Below are positions 15,082 to 25,525 of a stretch of DNA of 64,000 nucleotides, one piece after another. Position numbers and translations under genes: made by a program. The DNA comes from an uncultured Alphaproteobacteria bacterium (GTDB lineage Bacteria > Pseudomonadota > Alphaproteobacteria > RF32 > CAG-239), in the NCBI GenBank assembly GCA_934254925.1, contig CAKQMD010000001.1, positions 13,266 through 77,265 of the forward strand, in the 5' to 3' direction. Under the pieces are notes generated by a model that was not told where the DNA came from, searched no databases, and saw only the letters and a program-made list of their open reading frames with translations. The stretch's first letter is position 1. Every line of letters starts with the position of its first letter.

Positions 15082-17669
15082 TTCTTGAACTCTTGCAGAT
15101 AAAAGAACAAGGCAAAGTCGTGCCAGGCATGCGGCCGGTTATGATCCCCCCAAGTCAGAGGATATACCTGCGACGAAATGTCGGGAATGCGATAACTCGG
15201 AGCATTAAGGGCGTCATAATGGGCCATGTCCACCTTAAGGTAGGGATAAAAATCACTCTTGGGCGCAAAAGGCATAAAGTTCGGCGCGCGAGAAGCCTTA
15301 AACAGTTTTCGGGCCTGTCTGGCATATTCTACCCGCGAGGCAAAGCGGGGCTCGGACAGTTCCGCATTCTTGGGCTTGTCGGCAAACCACAACAACCGGT
15401 AATAATCCAGCCTGTCAGAAGGACAATTGCCAAACTGCGCGGCCAGGTCTTCGCGTCCGTATTCCTTCAGGGCAAACTGCAACCATCGGGTCTGATACAG
15501 ATTTTGCGGCTGACCGTCCGTCAGTCCTTGCAGGCAACCGTCAACGGCAATGCGTTTGGCTTCGGCCACGGCACGGTTGACTGTCATTCGGTTCGGCGTT
15601 TCGAGCAGACTGTTGAGATAGACGATTTGCCCCAGGTTGTCGGGTTCATGAGGATTTCTGATTCCGTCATAAACGGCGGTGCGCGTTTTGATCCAATCGG
15701 AAATCAGATCGACCTGCCCCGTTTGTTTTAAGAAATAGCCGATCAAAGCGCTGTCGCGATACCAGACATCGTTCGGACGGGAATGATATTCGTGCAAACG
15801 CGAGTACACCTTGCCGTCAATAACGGAAAACATAATTTCCTGATACAAGATTTTCAGAAGGTCGGGGTATTCATATTCGCTGAAATCAGGCAGGTTCATC
15901 GGCAAAGAGGTACCGGGAACATATTTCTTGTTTTGTTCCTCATCGGTGTACCATACGCCGGTTTCGTCTTCGACGATTTCCGTCCGGTCGCCGTTTTCAA
16001 AAACCAGGCGAACCTTGTAGAGATGAGGCAGAACGGTTGCGTATTTTATGTCGGCGAATTTTTTAACGACTTCTCCGGTCTTGAAATCCTCCAGCCGATC
16101 ATTTCTGAAAACGATTTTCCGGCGGTTGCCGAGCCCGAAATAGTAAAGGTTGTCTGTCAGTTTTTCCAGGTTAGCGTTTTGAAAAACCATCAGATTGAGA
16201 TGCCGATTACGGTGTGCTCGCAGCAACGTCTTTTTCAAGTTGATCAGGTCGGGATCTTCCATTTGGCTGCGGGAGGCATGGCGGTTGTCAAAGACAAAAT
16301 TGTCCGCAACTTTGAGTTCCGAGGCAACCAAAAAGGTTAAATATCCGGTCAAAACCACGAGCAAAAGCAAAATCCCCCAGTAAAGCTTTTGCCACACGCC
16401 TTTAAGACTGTCCGCGCTCAGGACGAACAACGAAGCGATGAAGAGGTTGTAAGACGGCGAATATAATTCCTGTTCATGGGCGCCATAAAGGCTGTGAAGA
16501 ATAAACAAAAAGGCCAGGCCGCCGAAAAGAGCATAAACATCGGCCAATTTGAACCATTTGGAAAGGGAAAACAGCAAAGGCAGCAACAAAAGATAGGCCC
16601 ACAAGACTTGTTTGGGCAAATCGGACAAATGAGTGTCTTCTCCCCAAAGCTGCAGGAAAAAGTTTCGTACATAAAGCAGAATGCCGTTTTGATTCGGAAC
16701 GTTAACGGAATGAGGTTCCTCGACCATGATTTCCCTTATCATCCAAGCGAGGTCCGCTTGTGTGTATCCCGGGTACATGTGGTGCTGCCAAGACAAAAGC
16801 AGGCTGATCGACAGCAAAAACAGCAGTCCGAGCTTTAGGCAAAAAACGGCGGCCTGTCCAAAAGTCAGTTTATTTTGCCGATACAGCAGCACAAACAAAA
16901 TAAACAGGCAAATACCGTACAAGACGATATTGGTAATCGTGGTGGAAAAAGCCACAAGAGCCAGCAGCAGCTGTGGCAACAGATTCAGACGAGGATTTCG
17001 ATATAAGCGGGAAAAACAAAGCAAGGTTATCAGAATCGTCGTTTGCGAAAAGATGAACGTTTCGATAATCAGTGCCGCATGCAAAACTTCGGAAAAACTG
17101 ACGGTAAGAAGCAAAGTTCCCAACAAGACGGTCGTTCGGGAAGCAACAAACTCCCGCAGCCAGAGATAAAACAGGCTCATGTTAAAAGCGGCAACAAAGA
17201 CGGTAAAGACATGCAGATGGCCATAATCGGCATTGAGAGGCATGGTCAGATGAACCAGCGACTGCCACAAGATTATGAAAAAGGGATGCACCTTGATGCG
17301 GTAATGGTTGGCATCGGGCATCAAGAGGTCATCGGCGACGCGGAGCTGGTCCGTTCCGTAATAAAAATCCATGACCGGCGCCACACTAAACCTGGTGCTG
17401 CAAAGGTTGAAAACAAACAAAGACAGTAGGAAAACAGCTGCGGCAATCAGAGCATCCCACCGGTTGAAACGGTTGACAAGCTTGCCCCCCAAACCACTCT
17501 GGTACAACCAGTAAAGAAATAAAAAAGGCAGAGGATTCAAAATCAGGCCGCTGATTTTATAAACCAAGCAGCCGGCAGCCAAAAACAAAAAAACAAGCAA
17601 GACTTTAAGATCAGGCAAAGCCGGCCAATTAAAAGAAGGCAAATTTTTCAGACGGGGCAAAAGGGACAT
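15078..17669 (-). CDS. large polytopic membrane protein with C-terminal soluble domain; candidate GT-C-type glycosyltransferase
   Basis: 863 aa. The N-terminal ~480 aa is very hydrophobic with at least 12 predicted TM helices. The C-terminal ~380 aa is a globular domain. The only basis for the call is its position between the UbiA-type phosphoribosyltransferase and GtrA genes. Confidence 0.4.
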   Translation of the reverse strand: MSLLPRLKNLPSFNWPALPDLKVLLVFLFLAAGCLVYKISGLILNPLPFLFLYWLYQSGLGGKLVNRFNRWDALIAAAVFLLSLFVFNLCSTRFSVAPVMDFYYGTDQLRVADDLLMPDANHYRIKVHPFFIILWQSLVHLTMPLNADYGHLHVFTVFVAAFNMSLFYLWLREFVASRTTVLLGTLLLTVSFSEVLHAALIIETFIFSQTTILITLLCFSRLYRNPRLNLLPQLLLALVAFSTTITNIVLYGICLFILFVLLYRQNKLTFGQAAVFCLKLGLLFLLSISLLLSWQHHMYPGYTQADLAWMIREIMVEEPHSVNVPNQNGILLYVRNFFLQLWGEDTHLSDLPKQVLWAYLLLLPLLFSLSKWFKLADVYALFGGLAFLFILHSLYGAHEQELYSPSYNLFIASLFVLSADSLKGVWQKLYWGILLLLVVLTGYLTFLVASELKVADNFVFDNRHASRSQMEDPDLINLKKTLLRAHRNRHLNLMVFQNANLEKLTDNLYYFGLGNRRKIVFRNDRLEDFKTGEVVKKFADIKYATVLPHLYKVRLVFENGDRTEIVEDETGVWYTDEEQNKKYVPGTSLPMNLPDFSEYEYPDLLKILYQEIMFSVIDGKVYSRLHEYHSRPNDVWYRDSALIGYFLKQTGQVDLISDWIKTRTAVYDGIRNPHEPDNLGQIVYLNSLLETPNRMTVNRAVAEAKRIAVDGCLQGLTDGQPQNLYQTRWLQFALKEYGREDLAAQFGNCPSDRLDYYRLLWFADKPKNAELSEPRFASRVEYARQARKLFKASRAPNFMPFAPKSDFYPYLKVDMAHYDALNAPSYRIPDISSQVYPLTWGDHNRPHAWHDFALFFYLQEFKK

Positions 17670-17682
17670 GACGAACTCCGGA

Positions 17683-18558
17683 TTAAATTATTTTTACAAA
17701 AATCAAAAAGACATAGATCAAATAAGCTAGGCAGGTCAAAAACAGCGGCTTGTCGCGGTACAGGTTTTCCGTCGGGTCTTCTTCCGACGAAGGGGCGGTA
17801 ATGATATTCAGATAATGAAAAATTCCGTAGACGACAAAAACAACGCTATAGATCATCCGGTTGGTCTCAAAACGTTCCAACGTCGCCGCCTCCAAGGTAT
17901 AAAGCGCATAACTCATAATCGTGAGAGCAGCGGTAATCAGCGCATAGGCTTTCAGCCCTTCCAGCGAATAAAGCTGCAGGACTTGTCTGGTCTCCTTGTG
18001 CTTGGCGGCTTCCGACAAGCGTTTGGAAAAACCGAGGAACAAGCTTAGAAACAGCGTCGTCATGAAGATATAGCTCGAGACGGGAACACCGATGGCATAA
18101 GCCCCGGCATAAACCCGCAGAATAAAACCGGCGGCGATGACAAAGACATCCAAAATCGCAATATGTTTCAGCCGCCAGGAATATAAAATATTGACCGCGA
18201 CATAGGCCGCCAAGACCAACAACAACTTAAAACGCTGATCCACCGGAGCAAAACAAGAGACGGCCAAAGCCAAAAGCAACAACAAAAAAGCGACCAAACG
18301 AGCGGAAAGAACCGAAATTCGTCCGGCGGGCAAAGGCCGCAGCCTTTTGCGCGGATGCGCCTTGTCGGCCTCCATGTCGGCAATGTCATTGTTGATATAA
18401 ATGAAAGACGCGGCCAGACAAAACGCAACAAAGGCCGAAACCGCCTGCAAGACGGCTGCGGCCTCCAAAAACTTAAAAGAGAAAAACAACGGCGCCAGCA
18501 CAAAAACGTTTTTTACATATTGTTTGACGCGCAGTAGGCGAAGTAAATCTTTAACCAT
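17683..18558 (-). CDS. UbiA-family polyprenyl-phosphate 5-phosphoribosyltransferase (DPPR-synthase-like)
   Basis: 291-aa membrane protein with YINNDIADMEADKAHPRKRLRPLPAG, i.e. the NDxxDxxxD motif followed by the basic P-loop-like stretch characteristic of decaprenyl-phosphate phosphoribosyltransferase (Rv3806c family). Confidence 0.65.
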   Translation of the reverse strand: MVKDLLRLLRVKQYVKNVFVLAPLFFSFKFLEAAAVLQAVSAFVAFCLAASFIYINNDIADMEADKAHPRKRLRPLPAGRISVLSARLVAFLLLLLALAVSCFAPVDQRFKLLLVLAAYVAVNILYSWRLKHIAILDVFVIAAGFILRVYAGAYAIGVPVSSYIFMTTLFLSLFLGFSKRLSEAAKHKETRQVLQLYSLEGLKAYALITAALTIMSYALYTLEAATLERFETNRMIYSVVFVVYGIFHYLNIITAPSSEEDPTENLYRDKPLFLTCLAYLIYVFLIFVKII

Positions 18559-19039
18559 GAAAATATCCTAAAAAGGAGATGAAATACAACACGACAGCGG
18601 CATAAACGCCGGCGAAAACGTCATCAAGCATGACGCCCCAAGCATTGGTCAGCTTGCTGTCTGCCCATTTGGCCGGGCCAAGTTTGAAGATATCAAAAAA
18701 ACGAAAAAGAAAAAAGCCGATCAGATAAAGTTCCCAATGCGTCATCTGACCGACCAAAAGAGGTGTCACCAGGCTAAACGTCAAAAGCTGCCCGACGGCC
18801 TCGTCAATCACAACGATTGAAGGATCCTTGTTTTTAGAGGCGTCAATCACCTGAGCCGTGGCCCAAACGCCGACAAAAAATACACCGACGGCCAAAAGCA
18901 GCAGTCCCGGCAAGCCGTAAAAATAAATGACGGCCGCGGCAAAAGGCAACGTTCCGAAAGAGCCGGCCGTCCCCGAAGCGAAGGGAAAATAACCAACGCC
19001 GAGGCAAGAAGCCAAAATATATCCCAATTTTCTTTTCAT
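18551..19039 (-). CDS. phosphatidylglycerophosphatase A family (PgpA-like) lipid phosphatase
   Basis: 162 aa, MKRKLGYILASCLGVGYFPFASGTAGSFGTLPF... PgpA N-terminal signature. Overlaps the UbiA-like gene by 8 nt (operon). Confidence 0.65.
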   Translation of the reverse strand: MKRKLGYILASCLGVGYFPFASGTAGSFGTLPFAAAVIYFYGLPGLLLLAVGVFFVGVWATAQVIDASKNKDPSIVVIDEAVGQLLTFSLVTPLLVGQMTHWELYLIGFFLFRFFDIFKLGPAKWADSKLTNAWGVMLDDVFAGVYAAVVLYFISFLGYFHG

Positions 19040-19363
19040 TTGTTTCCCTCAGATCTCAAAACAAGCTTATGTGAGGTATAACAAATGTCTTTGTTTTGTC
19101 AACAATTCCTTACAGAAGGCGCTGTTAATTTTGTCTTATTTTCGCATTTATCATAAGAAAAAACAACGATAAGGCCATGAACAATTTCCTGTTTTGGTTG
19201 TGTATAAATTCTCGTTCTCTTTTGGCGTCGTTCGGACATCTCCGTCAGATATAAGCTTACATTTTGGCTTTTGTCGTTTAGAATAGTTTTATGTTTCATC
19301 TTTAATTACAAACGCTAGTTTGGCAACGTACAACAGGCGTCATGACCATAAGAGGAGGTTTCC

Positions 19364-19927
19364 ATGTCTAACAAAGCAAAAATTCTCGCCTTGGCCGGTG
19401 TTCTCCCACTCGGCATACCTAACGCTCCGGCCTCTTCGGGGGAAAATGATGCCGCTCAGGCCTTGGTCTCCCCTTCTGCACAAAAAGTAACGACCAATTG
19501 TGGTTCCCTAAGTTACAGCTTCGGAAAAAACGGGGTGGCGTATGAGGGCGGCCTTTCGGGCGTACGAACTTCCCAGCTGATGCCGAAAATGTATGACAAC
19601 TCCGACGGCAGCATTGGCTGCGGACCTTTGTCTTCCTATGACGAGGGGGCGTTGCTGCAATGGTCCGAAGGTCAACTGCAGCAGGTTGTCACAGAAGAGG
19701 TGATTGCCCGTCACCTAAAGCAAAGTAAGGTCAAACTCTCTCAAGAAGAGCAAGCATTTTTGTCGGCTCACCAACAGGACATGAAAGCCTGGGGACTGCG
19801 TTCGACCGTTTCGCCGGAGGGCAATATGACCCTCTCGCAGGATGATCCGATGAATAGCGGAAAAATCAGCATAACACTCAATAATTATGCCCATCCTCTG
19901 ACTTTCCAACGGGGGACTTCCCGCTAG
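19364..19927 (+). CDS. secreted hypothetical protein
   Basis: N-terminal signal peptide (MSNKAKILALAGVLPLGIPNAPASS). Two Cys pairs. No recognisable domain. Confidence 0.45.
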   Translation: MSNKAKILALAGVLPLGIPNAPASSGENDAAQALVSPSAQKVTTNCGSLSYSFGKNGVAYEGGLSGVRTSQLMPKMYDNSDGSIGCGPLSSYDEGALLQWSEGQLQQVVTEEVIARHLKQSKVKLSQEEQAFLSAHQQDMKAWGLRSTVSPEGNMTLSQDDPMNSGKISITLNNYAHPLTFQRGTSR

Positions 19928-20022
19928 AAGGAAGCGTTTGACCGCAAGCCGGTTTGTGCTTTTTCTTAAGACAGCCTTTATTATCGGCCTTATGACATAA
20001 GCTTCAGAGCCGGCAATGTTTT

Positions 20023-21150
20023 TTATTTTTCCTTCTCGACCAAAATCAGCGGGATCAACATTTCCTGTTCGCTGATGCCGGCATGTTCGGCTTTCAAAAC
20101 AGGAAAAACTTTTTCTCCTGTCGAATAGCGCAGAGACTTGTCCGTGAGCGCCACCGCCACAAAATCTCCCAGAAATTCAGAAACCAAAGGATGCCTTTCG
20201 CCGCTGCCCAGCAAACCGCTTTCCATAAATTCGCGGCGTGTATACAAACGGAAATCCGAAGCCAAAACTTTATTGAACTCGGCGACAAAATTTTCATGAC
20301 AGCCTTCTTTTACCCAAAAAGTCGTGAAACGTGCCTCCAAAGCCGGCGGACGCAGCAGACAGCCGCACAGTCCGGGGTAATCGTTCAGATAGATTTCCTC
20401 TATGTCAAGCTCGCCGTGATCAGCGGAGACAATCAGCAAAGTATCCTGCATTCCGTCGCAGAGCCTTTGCAGATTGGCATCAATGTCGTTGAGAATCTCT
20501 TTGATCAGCGGCGCCGTCGTTCCTTGACGATGCACGGAATGATCCGGTTCGGTCCAATAAGCACAAAACAATTTTTCCCGGTTATTTCTCCGGGAAAGGG
20601 AAAGGATTTTATCGCACATTTCGGCAAAACTGCCGACACCGTTCTTTTCAAAAGGCGGAAACACTTTGTGAAATTCCACTTCGGGACAATGGGCCACAAT
20701 TTTTTCATAAATTGTTTCATATTTCAAAACATCCGTCGCCGGCGGCGGGGTCGACAGCGCCTTGCCGCTGTAAAAAGCGGTGTTTCTGAAAGTTTCGATG
20801 ATTTCATCATATTGTTTGTAATAGCTGGTCCAGCCCAACCAACCGCTCTCCCAGGGAGATTTGCCCGAATGGTAAGCCGTGGTCGCAGCCGTGGTTGTCG
20901 GCGGAAAGACGGAGAAGATCGGCATGGCAACATGTTGCCGAATGAAACTTGACGACGGAAGATTTTTGGCAATCAGGTCCATCCCCATACCGTCCAAAAT
21001 CAGCAAAACGACGTTCTGACGGCGGCGGCTCAATTTTTCATCCAGAAACGGCAAGCTCGGATGCAGTGTCGGGAGCCCATAGTATCGCAGTAAGGAATTG
21101 CTCACCGACAAGATGCTGCGATCATAGTCGAAGTCAAACAGATTTTTCAT
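20023..21150 (-). CDS. alkaline-phosphatase superfamily protein (type I phosphodiesterase / nucleotide pyrophosphatase-like)
   Basis: VVLLILDGMGMD metal-ligand motif near the N-terminus and a SADHGE-type motif (LLIVSADHGELD). Confidence 0.6.
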   Translation of the reverse strand: MKNLFDFDYDRSILSVSNSLLRYYGLPTLHPSLPFLDEKLSRRRQNVVLLILDGMGMDLIAKNLPSSSFIRQHVAMPIFSVFPPTTTAATTAYHSGKSPWESGWLGWTSYYKQYDEIIETFRNTAFYSGKALSTPPPATDVLKYETIYEKIVAHCPEVEFHKVFPPFEKNGVGSFAEMCDKILSLSRRNNREKLFCAYWTEPDHSVHRQGTTAPLIKEILNDIDANLQRLCDGMQDTLLIVSADHGELDIEEIYLNDYPGLCGCLLRPPALEARFTTFWVKEGCHENFVAEFNKVLASDFRLYTRREFMESGLLGSGERHPLVSEFLGDFVAVALTDKSLRYSTGEKVFPVLKAEHAGISEQEMLIPLILVEKEK

Positions 21151-21231
21151 AGGCTTTCCCTTTTGCCGGTTAAATTTTTGCTGTCGTTACTTTAAATGTT
21201 TTTCCGCGGCAAGTCAAATTTTTAATATCTC

Positions 21232-21672
21232 TTACTTTCCCTGCGGAAAAACCTTCTCGGCAAACTCGGCCTTGGGCATTTGATTGATCGTTGTGACGGC
21301 AGCGTTGGCCAACAATTCGGGCAACTCGCGACTGAGAAAAACGCTGCGAGGATCTGCCCCTTCGACAAAAGCGGTGACGTTTCCCTTAGCAGCGCGAATC
21401 AGCCGACGAGAGGCCTCTTTCCAAACCAAAGACAAATCATCTGGCTTGAGACCGCTGTCGGAACTTTCCAGTCCCATCTCCACCAATTTGGCACCGCAGG
21501 GCGTGTGCTCAATCATCATGGCGCCGGGATGAGCCTTTACATAAGCAAAGGCCCGGTCCCGATTGATTTTGCTCGGCAGATAGCTGACGCTGTATAATAC
21601 CAAAGAATCTGCCGGCGTGGCAACGTCATAAGTTTTGGCCACGTGCAGAGCTTGCGTGAACAGATCCGACAT
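21232..21672 (-). CDS. hypothetical protein, translationally coupled to clpB
   Basis: 146-aa ORF. Its start codon overlaps the clpB stop by 1 nt. No recognisable motif. Confidence 0.45.
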   Translation of the reverse strand: MSDLFTQALHVAKTYDVATPADSLVLYSVSYLPSKINRDRAFAYVKAHPGAMMIEHTPCGAKLVEMGLESSDSGLKPDDLSLVWKEASRRLIRAAKGNVTAFVEGADPRSVFLSRELPELLANAAVTTINQMPKAEFAEKVFPQGK

Positions 21673-24260
21673 TACTTTTTCTTACTCTTTACAATTTCCA
21701 GGGCACCGTTGCTGACGATGACGTCCGCCGTATCGTTGTCACCGATCTCACCGTCCAAAATCTTCAACGCCAGCTTGTTTTCAATCTGGTTCTTAAGCAG
21801 ACGCTTCAACGGACGGGCGCCGTAAACCGGATCATAACCGTTGTTGACGATCCAGACGAAGGCTGCCTCGTTCACATTGAGCGATATATGGCGGTCGGCC
21901 AGACGTTTCTCGATATTGGCAATCTGAATTTTAGCAATATCCTTGATGATAGACTTATCCAACTTATGAAAGAGGATAATCTCATCAATCCGGTTGATGA
22001 ACTCCGGACGAAAAGAGGCCTTGACCAAATCCATCACCCGAGCTTTGACTTTTTTGGGATCATCCGCGCCGGTGGCATTGGCCAGAATATCCGACCCCAA
22101 GTTGGAGGTCATGATGATTATGGTGTTTTTGAAATCCACAGTGCGACCTTTGCCATCCGTTAAACGACCGTCGTCCAGCACCTGCAGCAAAATGTTGAAG
22201 ACGTCGGGATGGGCTTTTTCCACTTCGTCAAACAAAATCACCTGATAAGGTCTGCGGCGGACGGCTTCGGTCAATGCGCCGCCTTCTTCATATCCGACAT
22301 ATCCCGGAGGAGAACCGATCAAACGTGCGACGGCATGCTTTTCCATATATTCAGACATGTCAATACGAATCATCGCCGAAGGATCGTTAAAAAGAAATTC
22401 GGCCAAAGCCTTGCTCAGTTCGGTCTTGCCGACGCCCGTCGGCCCCAGAAACAGGAAAGAACCGATCGGCTGATTGGGATCGCTAATGCCGGCGCGCGAC
22501 CGACGAACGGAGTTGGCCACCGCGGCAATGGCGTCTTTTTGGCCAATGACGCGTTTGGCGATGTATTCTTCCATATGGACCAGTTTCTCCCTCTCGCCTT
22601 CCAACATTTTATCGACCGGAACGCCGGTCCATTTGGAAACAACGTTGGCAACGTCTTCCGCCGTTACCGTCTCATATTGGTCGCTCTTGTGGTTTTGAGC
22701 CGTTTCTTCGGCGGCTTTCAGCTTGCTTTCCAACTCGGGAATAATGCTGTATTGCAACTCGCCGGCACGCTCGAATTTTCCTTCGCGTTTGGCAATTTCC
22801 ACTTCAATGCGGGCTTTGTCCAGACGATCCTTCAAACCGGTATAGTCGGCCAGTCCCTGTTTTTCTTCCTTCCATTTCTCCTCCAGGGTTTTGGCTTTGG
22901 CTTCCAGCCCGGAGATTTCGTAGCCGATCAGTTCCAGACGTTCTTTGGACTTGTCGTCATTTTCTTTTTTCAGCGCTTCTCGTTCGATTTTCAGCTGCAG
23001 AATCCGACGATCCAATTCATCTAACTCCTCAGGTTTGGAATCAATTACCATGCGCAGCGAGCTGGCAGCTTCGTCCATCAGGTCAATGGCCTTGTCGGGC
23101 AAAAAACGGTCCGTAATATAACGGTTGGACAAAGTCGCGGCGGCAATCAGCGCGTTATCGGAAATCCGAACGCCATGATGGAGTTCAAATTTTTCCTTAA
23201 TACCGCGTAAAATGGAAATTGTTTCCTCCACGTCGGGTTCCGAAATATAAACCGGCTGAAAACGACGGGCCAAAGCGGCATCTTTCTCGACATATTTTTT
23301 ATATTCGGCCAAAGTCGTCGCGCCGAGGCAATGCAGCTCACCGCGAGCCAGAGCCGGCTTCAACAAGTTTGAAGCATCCATTGAACCTTCGGACGCACCG
23401 GCACCGACCACCGTGTGCATTTCATCAATAAACAAGATGACCGTTCCGTTTGAAGCTTCTACCTCTTTCAAAACCGCTTTCAAACGCTCCTCAAATTCGC
23501 CGCGAAATTTGGCGCCGGCAATCAACGCACCGAGATCCAACGCCAGCAGACGCTGATGCCGCAGGCTTTCGGGAACATCATCATTTACGATGCGAATCGC
23601 CAAACCTTCAACAATGGCGGTTTTTCCGACCCCGGGCTCACCGATCAGCACCGGATTGTTTTTAGTCCGGCGTGACAAGACCTGAATGGCGCGGCGAATT
23701 TCGTGTTCTCGGCCAATGACCGGATCCAGTTTGCCCTCGGCCGCTTTTTGGGTAATGTCAACGGTATAGCGCTTTAAGGCTTCAAAATTGGCTTCCGAAC
23801 TTTCGGAATCGGCCACGCGGCCTTTGCGATAATCATTAATGACTTGGTTTAACTTTACGGCATTGACGCCGGAATCACGCAGGATCTCATAAGCCTCTGT
23901 GCCGGAAGTTATGGCCAAGGCCTGAAAAATGCGCTCGACGGTCACAAATTTGTCATTCGCTTTGTCGGCCAGTTTCTCGGCCTCCATCATCACCGAGGTA
24001 AAATCTTGCGACATCACGCTCTGCACCGAAGCCCCGCCGACCTGCGGCAGTTTGGACAGGCTCAGGTCCAGACGGCGGCGAATTTCTCCCATGGAACCGC
24101 CTGATTTTAAGACCAGATCCATAATCAGGCCGTCTCGGTCGTCAAGCAAAACTTTCAACAGATGCAGAGGAGTAATATATTGGTTTTTGGAAGTCGCGGC
24201 CAATTTGATGACGTCTTCCAAAACCTCTTTTGACTTAGTCGTCAGTTTTTCAAAATCCAT
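21672..24260 (-). CDS. clpB: ATP-dependent chaperone ClpB
   Basis: 862 aa with two AAA+ modules (GEPGVGKT and GPTGVGKT Walker A), a long coiled-coil middle domain, and a Clp_N N-terminus. Confidence 0.95.
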   Translation of the reverse strand: MDFEKLTTKSKEVLEDVIKLAATSKNQYITPLHLLKVLLDDRDGLIMDLVLKSGGSMGEIRRRLDLSLSKLPQVGGASVQSVMSQDFTSVMMEAEKLADKANDKFVTVERIFQALAITSGTEAYEILRDSGVNAVKLNQVINDYRKGRVADSESSEANFEALKRYTVDITQKAAEGKLDPVIGREHEIRRAIQVLSRRTKNNPVLIGEPGVGKTAIVEGLAIRIVNDDVPESLRHQRLLALDLGALIAGAKFRGEFEERLKAVLKEVEASNGTVILFIDEMHTVVGAGASEGSMDASNLLKPALARGELHCLGATTLAEYKKYVEKDAALARRFQPVYISEPDVEETISILRGIKEKFELHHGVRISDNALIAAATLSNRYITDRFLPDKAIDLMDEAASSLRMVIDSKPEELDELDRRILQLKIEREALKKENDDKSKERLELIGYEISGLEAKAKTLEEKWKEEKQGLADYTGLKDRLDKARIEVEIAKREGKFERAGELQYSIIPELESKLKAAEETAQNHKSDQYETVTAEDVANVVSKWTGVPVDKMLEGEREKLVHMEEYIAKRVIGQKDAIAAVANSVRRSRAGISDPNQPIGSFLFLGPTGVGKTELSKALAEFLFNDPSAMIRIDMSEYMEKHAVARLIGSPPGYVGYEEGGALTEAVRRRPYQVILFDEVEKAHPDVFNILLQVLDDGRLTDGKGRTVDFKNTIIIMTSNLGSDILANATGADDPKKVKARVMDLVKASFRPEFINRIDEIILFHKLDKSIIKDIAKIQIANIEKRLADRHISLNVNEAAFVWIVNNGYDPVYGARPLKRLLKNQIENKLALKILDGEIGDNDTADVIVSNGALEIVKSKKK

Positions 24261-24332
24261 TCGTTTTCCTCCTTGGTTTCATTCTTTCTATAATATAGTG
24301 ACGGAAGAAAAGCAAAATCAAGAATATTCGGA

Positions 24333-25496
24333 TTATTTTTTAGGCGTTCCGTTTTCGGGATAAAGGGTAATCAACGTTATTTCCGAAGGAGCCAGCAGGC
24401 GCATGGCCGGCCCCCAATAGCCGGCACCGCGAGACACGTAAAGATCGGCCTCGTTGGCGCGATAGGTTCCCGCCAAATAATTTCCGGACATCCAAACCAG
24501 GTAATGGAAAGGGAAAATTTGCCCGCCGTGGGTATGCGCCGACAACTGAAGATCATAAGTATGCGGCGGCACATAATCGATAAATTCGGGATTATGGGAC
24601 AGCAAGATCCGATAGTCAAAATCGTCCGAACCTTTGAAAGCCTTAACCAAATCCGCCGTCAGTCCGGGATTGGACATAGCGGTTTGCAAATCGGGGATCC
24701 CGGCGAGGAAAAGCCCTGTTCCCGGCAAGGCCTTGCCGTGGTTAAATAGAACCGTAAAGCCCATTTCGCGGAATTTTTGCAGCCAGGGATTGATCCCGCT
24801 GTAGAATTCATGGTTGCCGATGGAGGCATAAACGCCGTATTTGGCCCGCAACCCGCCCAAAGCATGCAACTGTTCCTCAATTTTTCCGACCTTGTCATCC
24901 AGAATATCACCGGGCATGACAATAACATCGGGCTCCAAGGCGTTCACCTTCTCGACAATGCGGGCGATCCTTTCCGCGGAAACGGCCCGGGTGATATGAA
25001 GGTCACTCAATAAAACAATGCGATAAGGGCTGCTGATTTTCGGCGTATAAAAGTTGACCTCCCGAACAGAAGGCAGCTTCAATCCCTCATAGAGAGCATA
25101 AAAAGAAATCGCCAGGCTCAGCGCCAAAGTGATCAGGTTGGCATGATTCAACACGTTGATGTTTTTGGGGTTGATGTTCCAACTGGCCAGATGCAACAGT
25201 TTGGCACCGCCGTAAAAAAGATACCACAAGACGTCGCGCAGCATCAACATGCAGAACAATATAAACGCCAGGCCAAAAAGGTAATAACCGACATTTGACA
25301 ACAAGACGTACAAGCCGTCATTGATTTTAAGGCAGCGCAATGCACCGATCCATACCGGGGCAAACCAGCTCAAGGTTACCCCAAGGGTGATCGCCGCCTT
25401 GTAAGAAAAGCGAAGATCGCTGTAGCCAACCAACGTCCGCACAGTAATGACCGTACAGGCTGTTGCGATGATGAAAGCGGCAATCATAAAATACAA
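24333..25496 (-). CDS. membrane-anchored metallophosphoesterase (calcineurin-like)
   Basis: N-terminal ~4 TM helices, then GDILDD, GNHE and a GH-containing metallophosphatase motif. Confidence 0.7.
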   Translation of the reverse strand: MYFMIAAFIIATACTVITVRTLVGYSDLRFSYKAAITLGVTLSWFAPVWIGALRCLKINDGLYVLLSNVGYYLFGLAFILFCMLMLRDVLWYLFYGGAKLLHLASWNINPKNINVLNHANLITLALSLAISFYALYEGLKLPSVREVNFYTPKISSPYRIVLLSDLHITRAVSAERIARIVEKVNALEPDVIVMPGDILDDKVGKIEEQLHALGGLRAKYGVYASIGNHEFYSGINPWLQKFREMGFTVLFNHGKALPGTGLFLAGIPDLQTAMSNPGLTADLVKAFKGSDDFDYRILLSHNPEFIDYVPPHTYDLQLSAHTHGGQIFPFHYLVWMSGNYLAGTYRANEADLYVSRGAGYWGPAMRLLAPSEITLITLYPENGTPKK

Positions 25497-25525
25497 GGTT
25501 TTGCTCCTTATCGTCCTTTATCGAG

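Noticed and set aside
20083-20952. 289-aa + strand ORF
   Set aside because: Antisense to the alkaline-phosphatase-family gene. Arg-rich low-complexity translation.
20023-21150. BREX PglZ-like alkaline phosphatase domain
   Set aside because: SADHGE-like motif noticed, but the protein is only 375 aa and no BREX partners (pglX, brxC, brxL) are nearby. More likely a generic AlkP/phosphodiesterase.
22209-23024. 271-aa + strand ORF
   Set aside because: Antisense to clpB.
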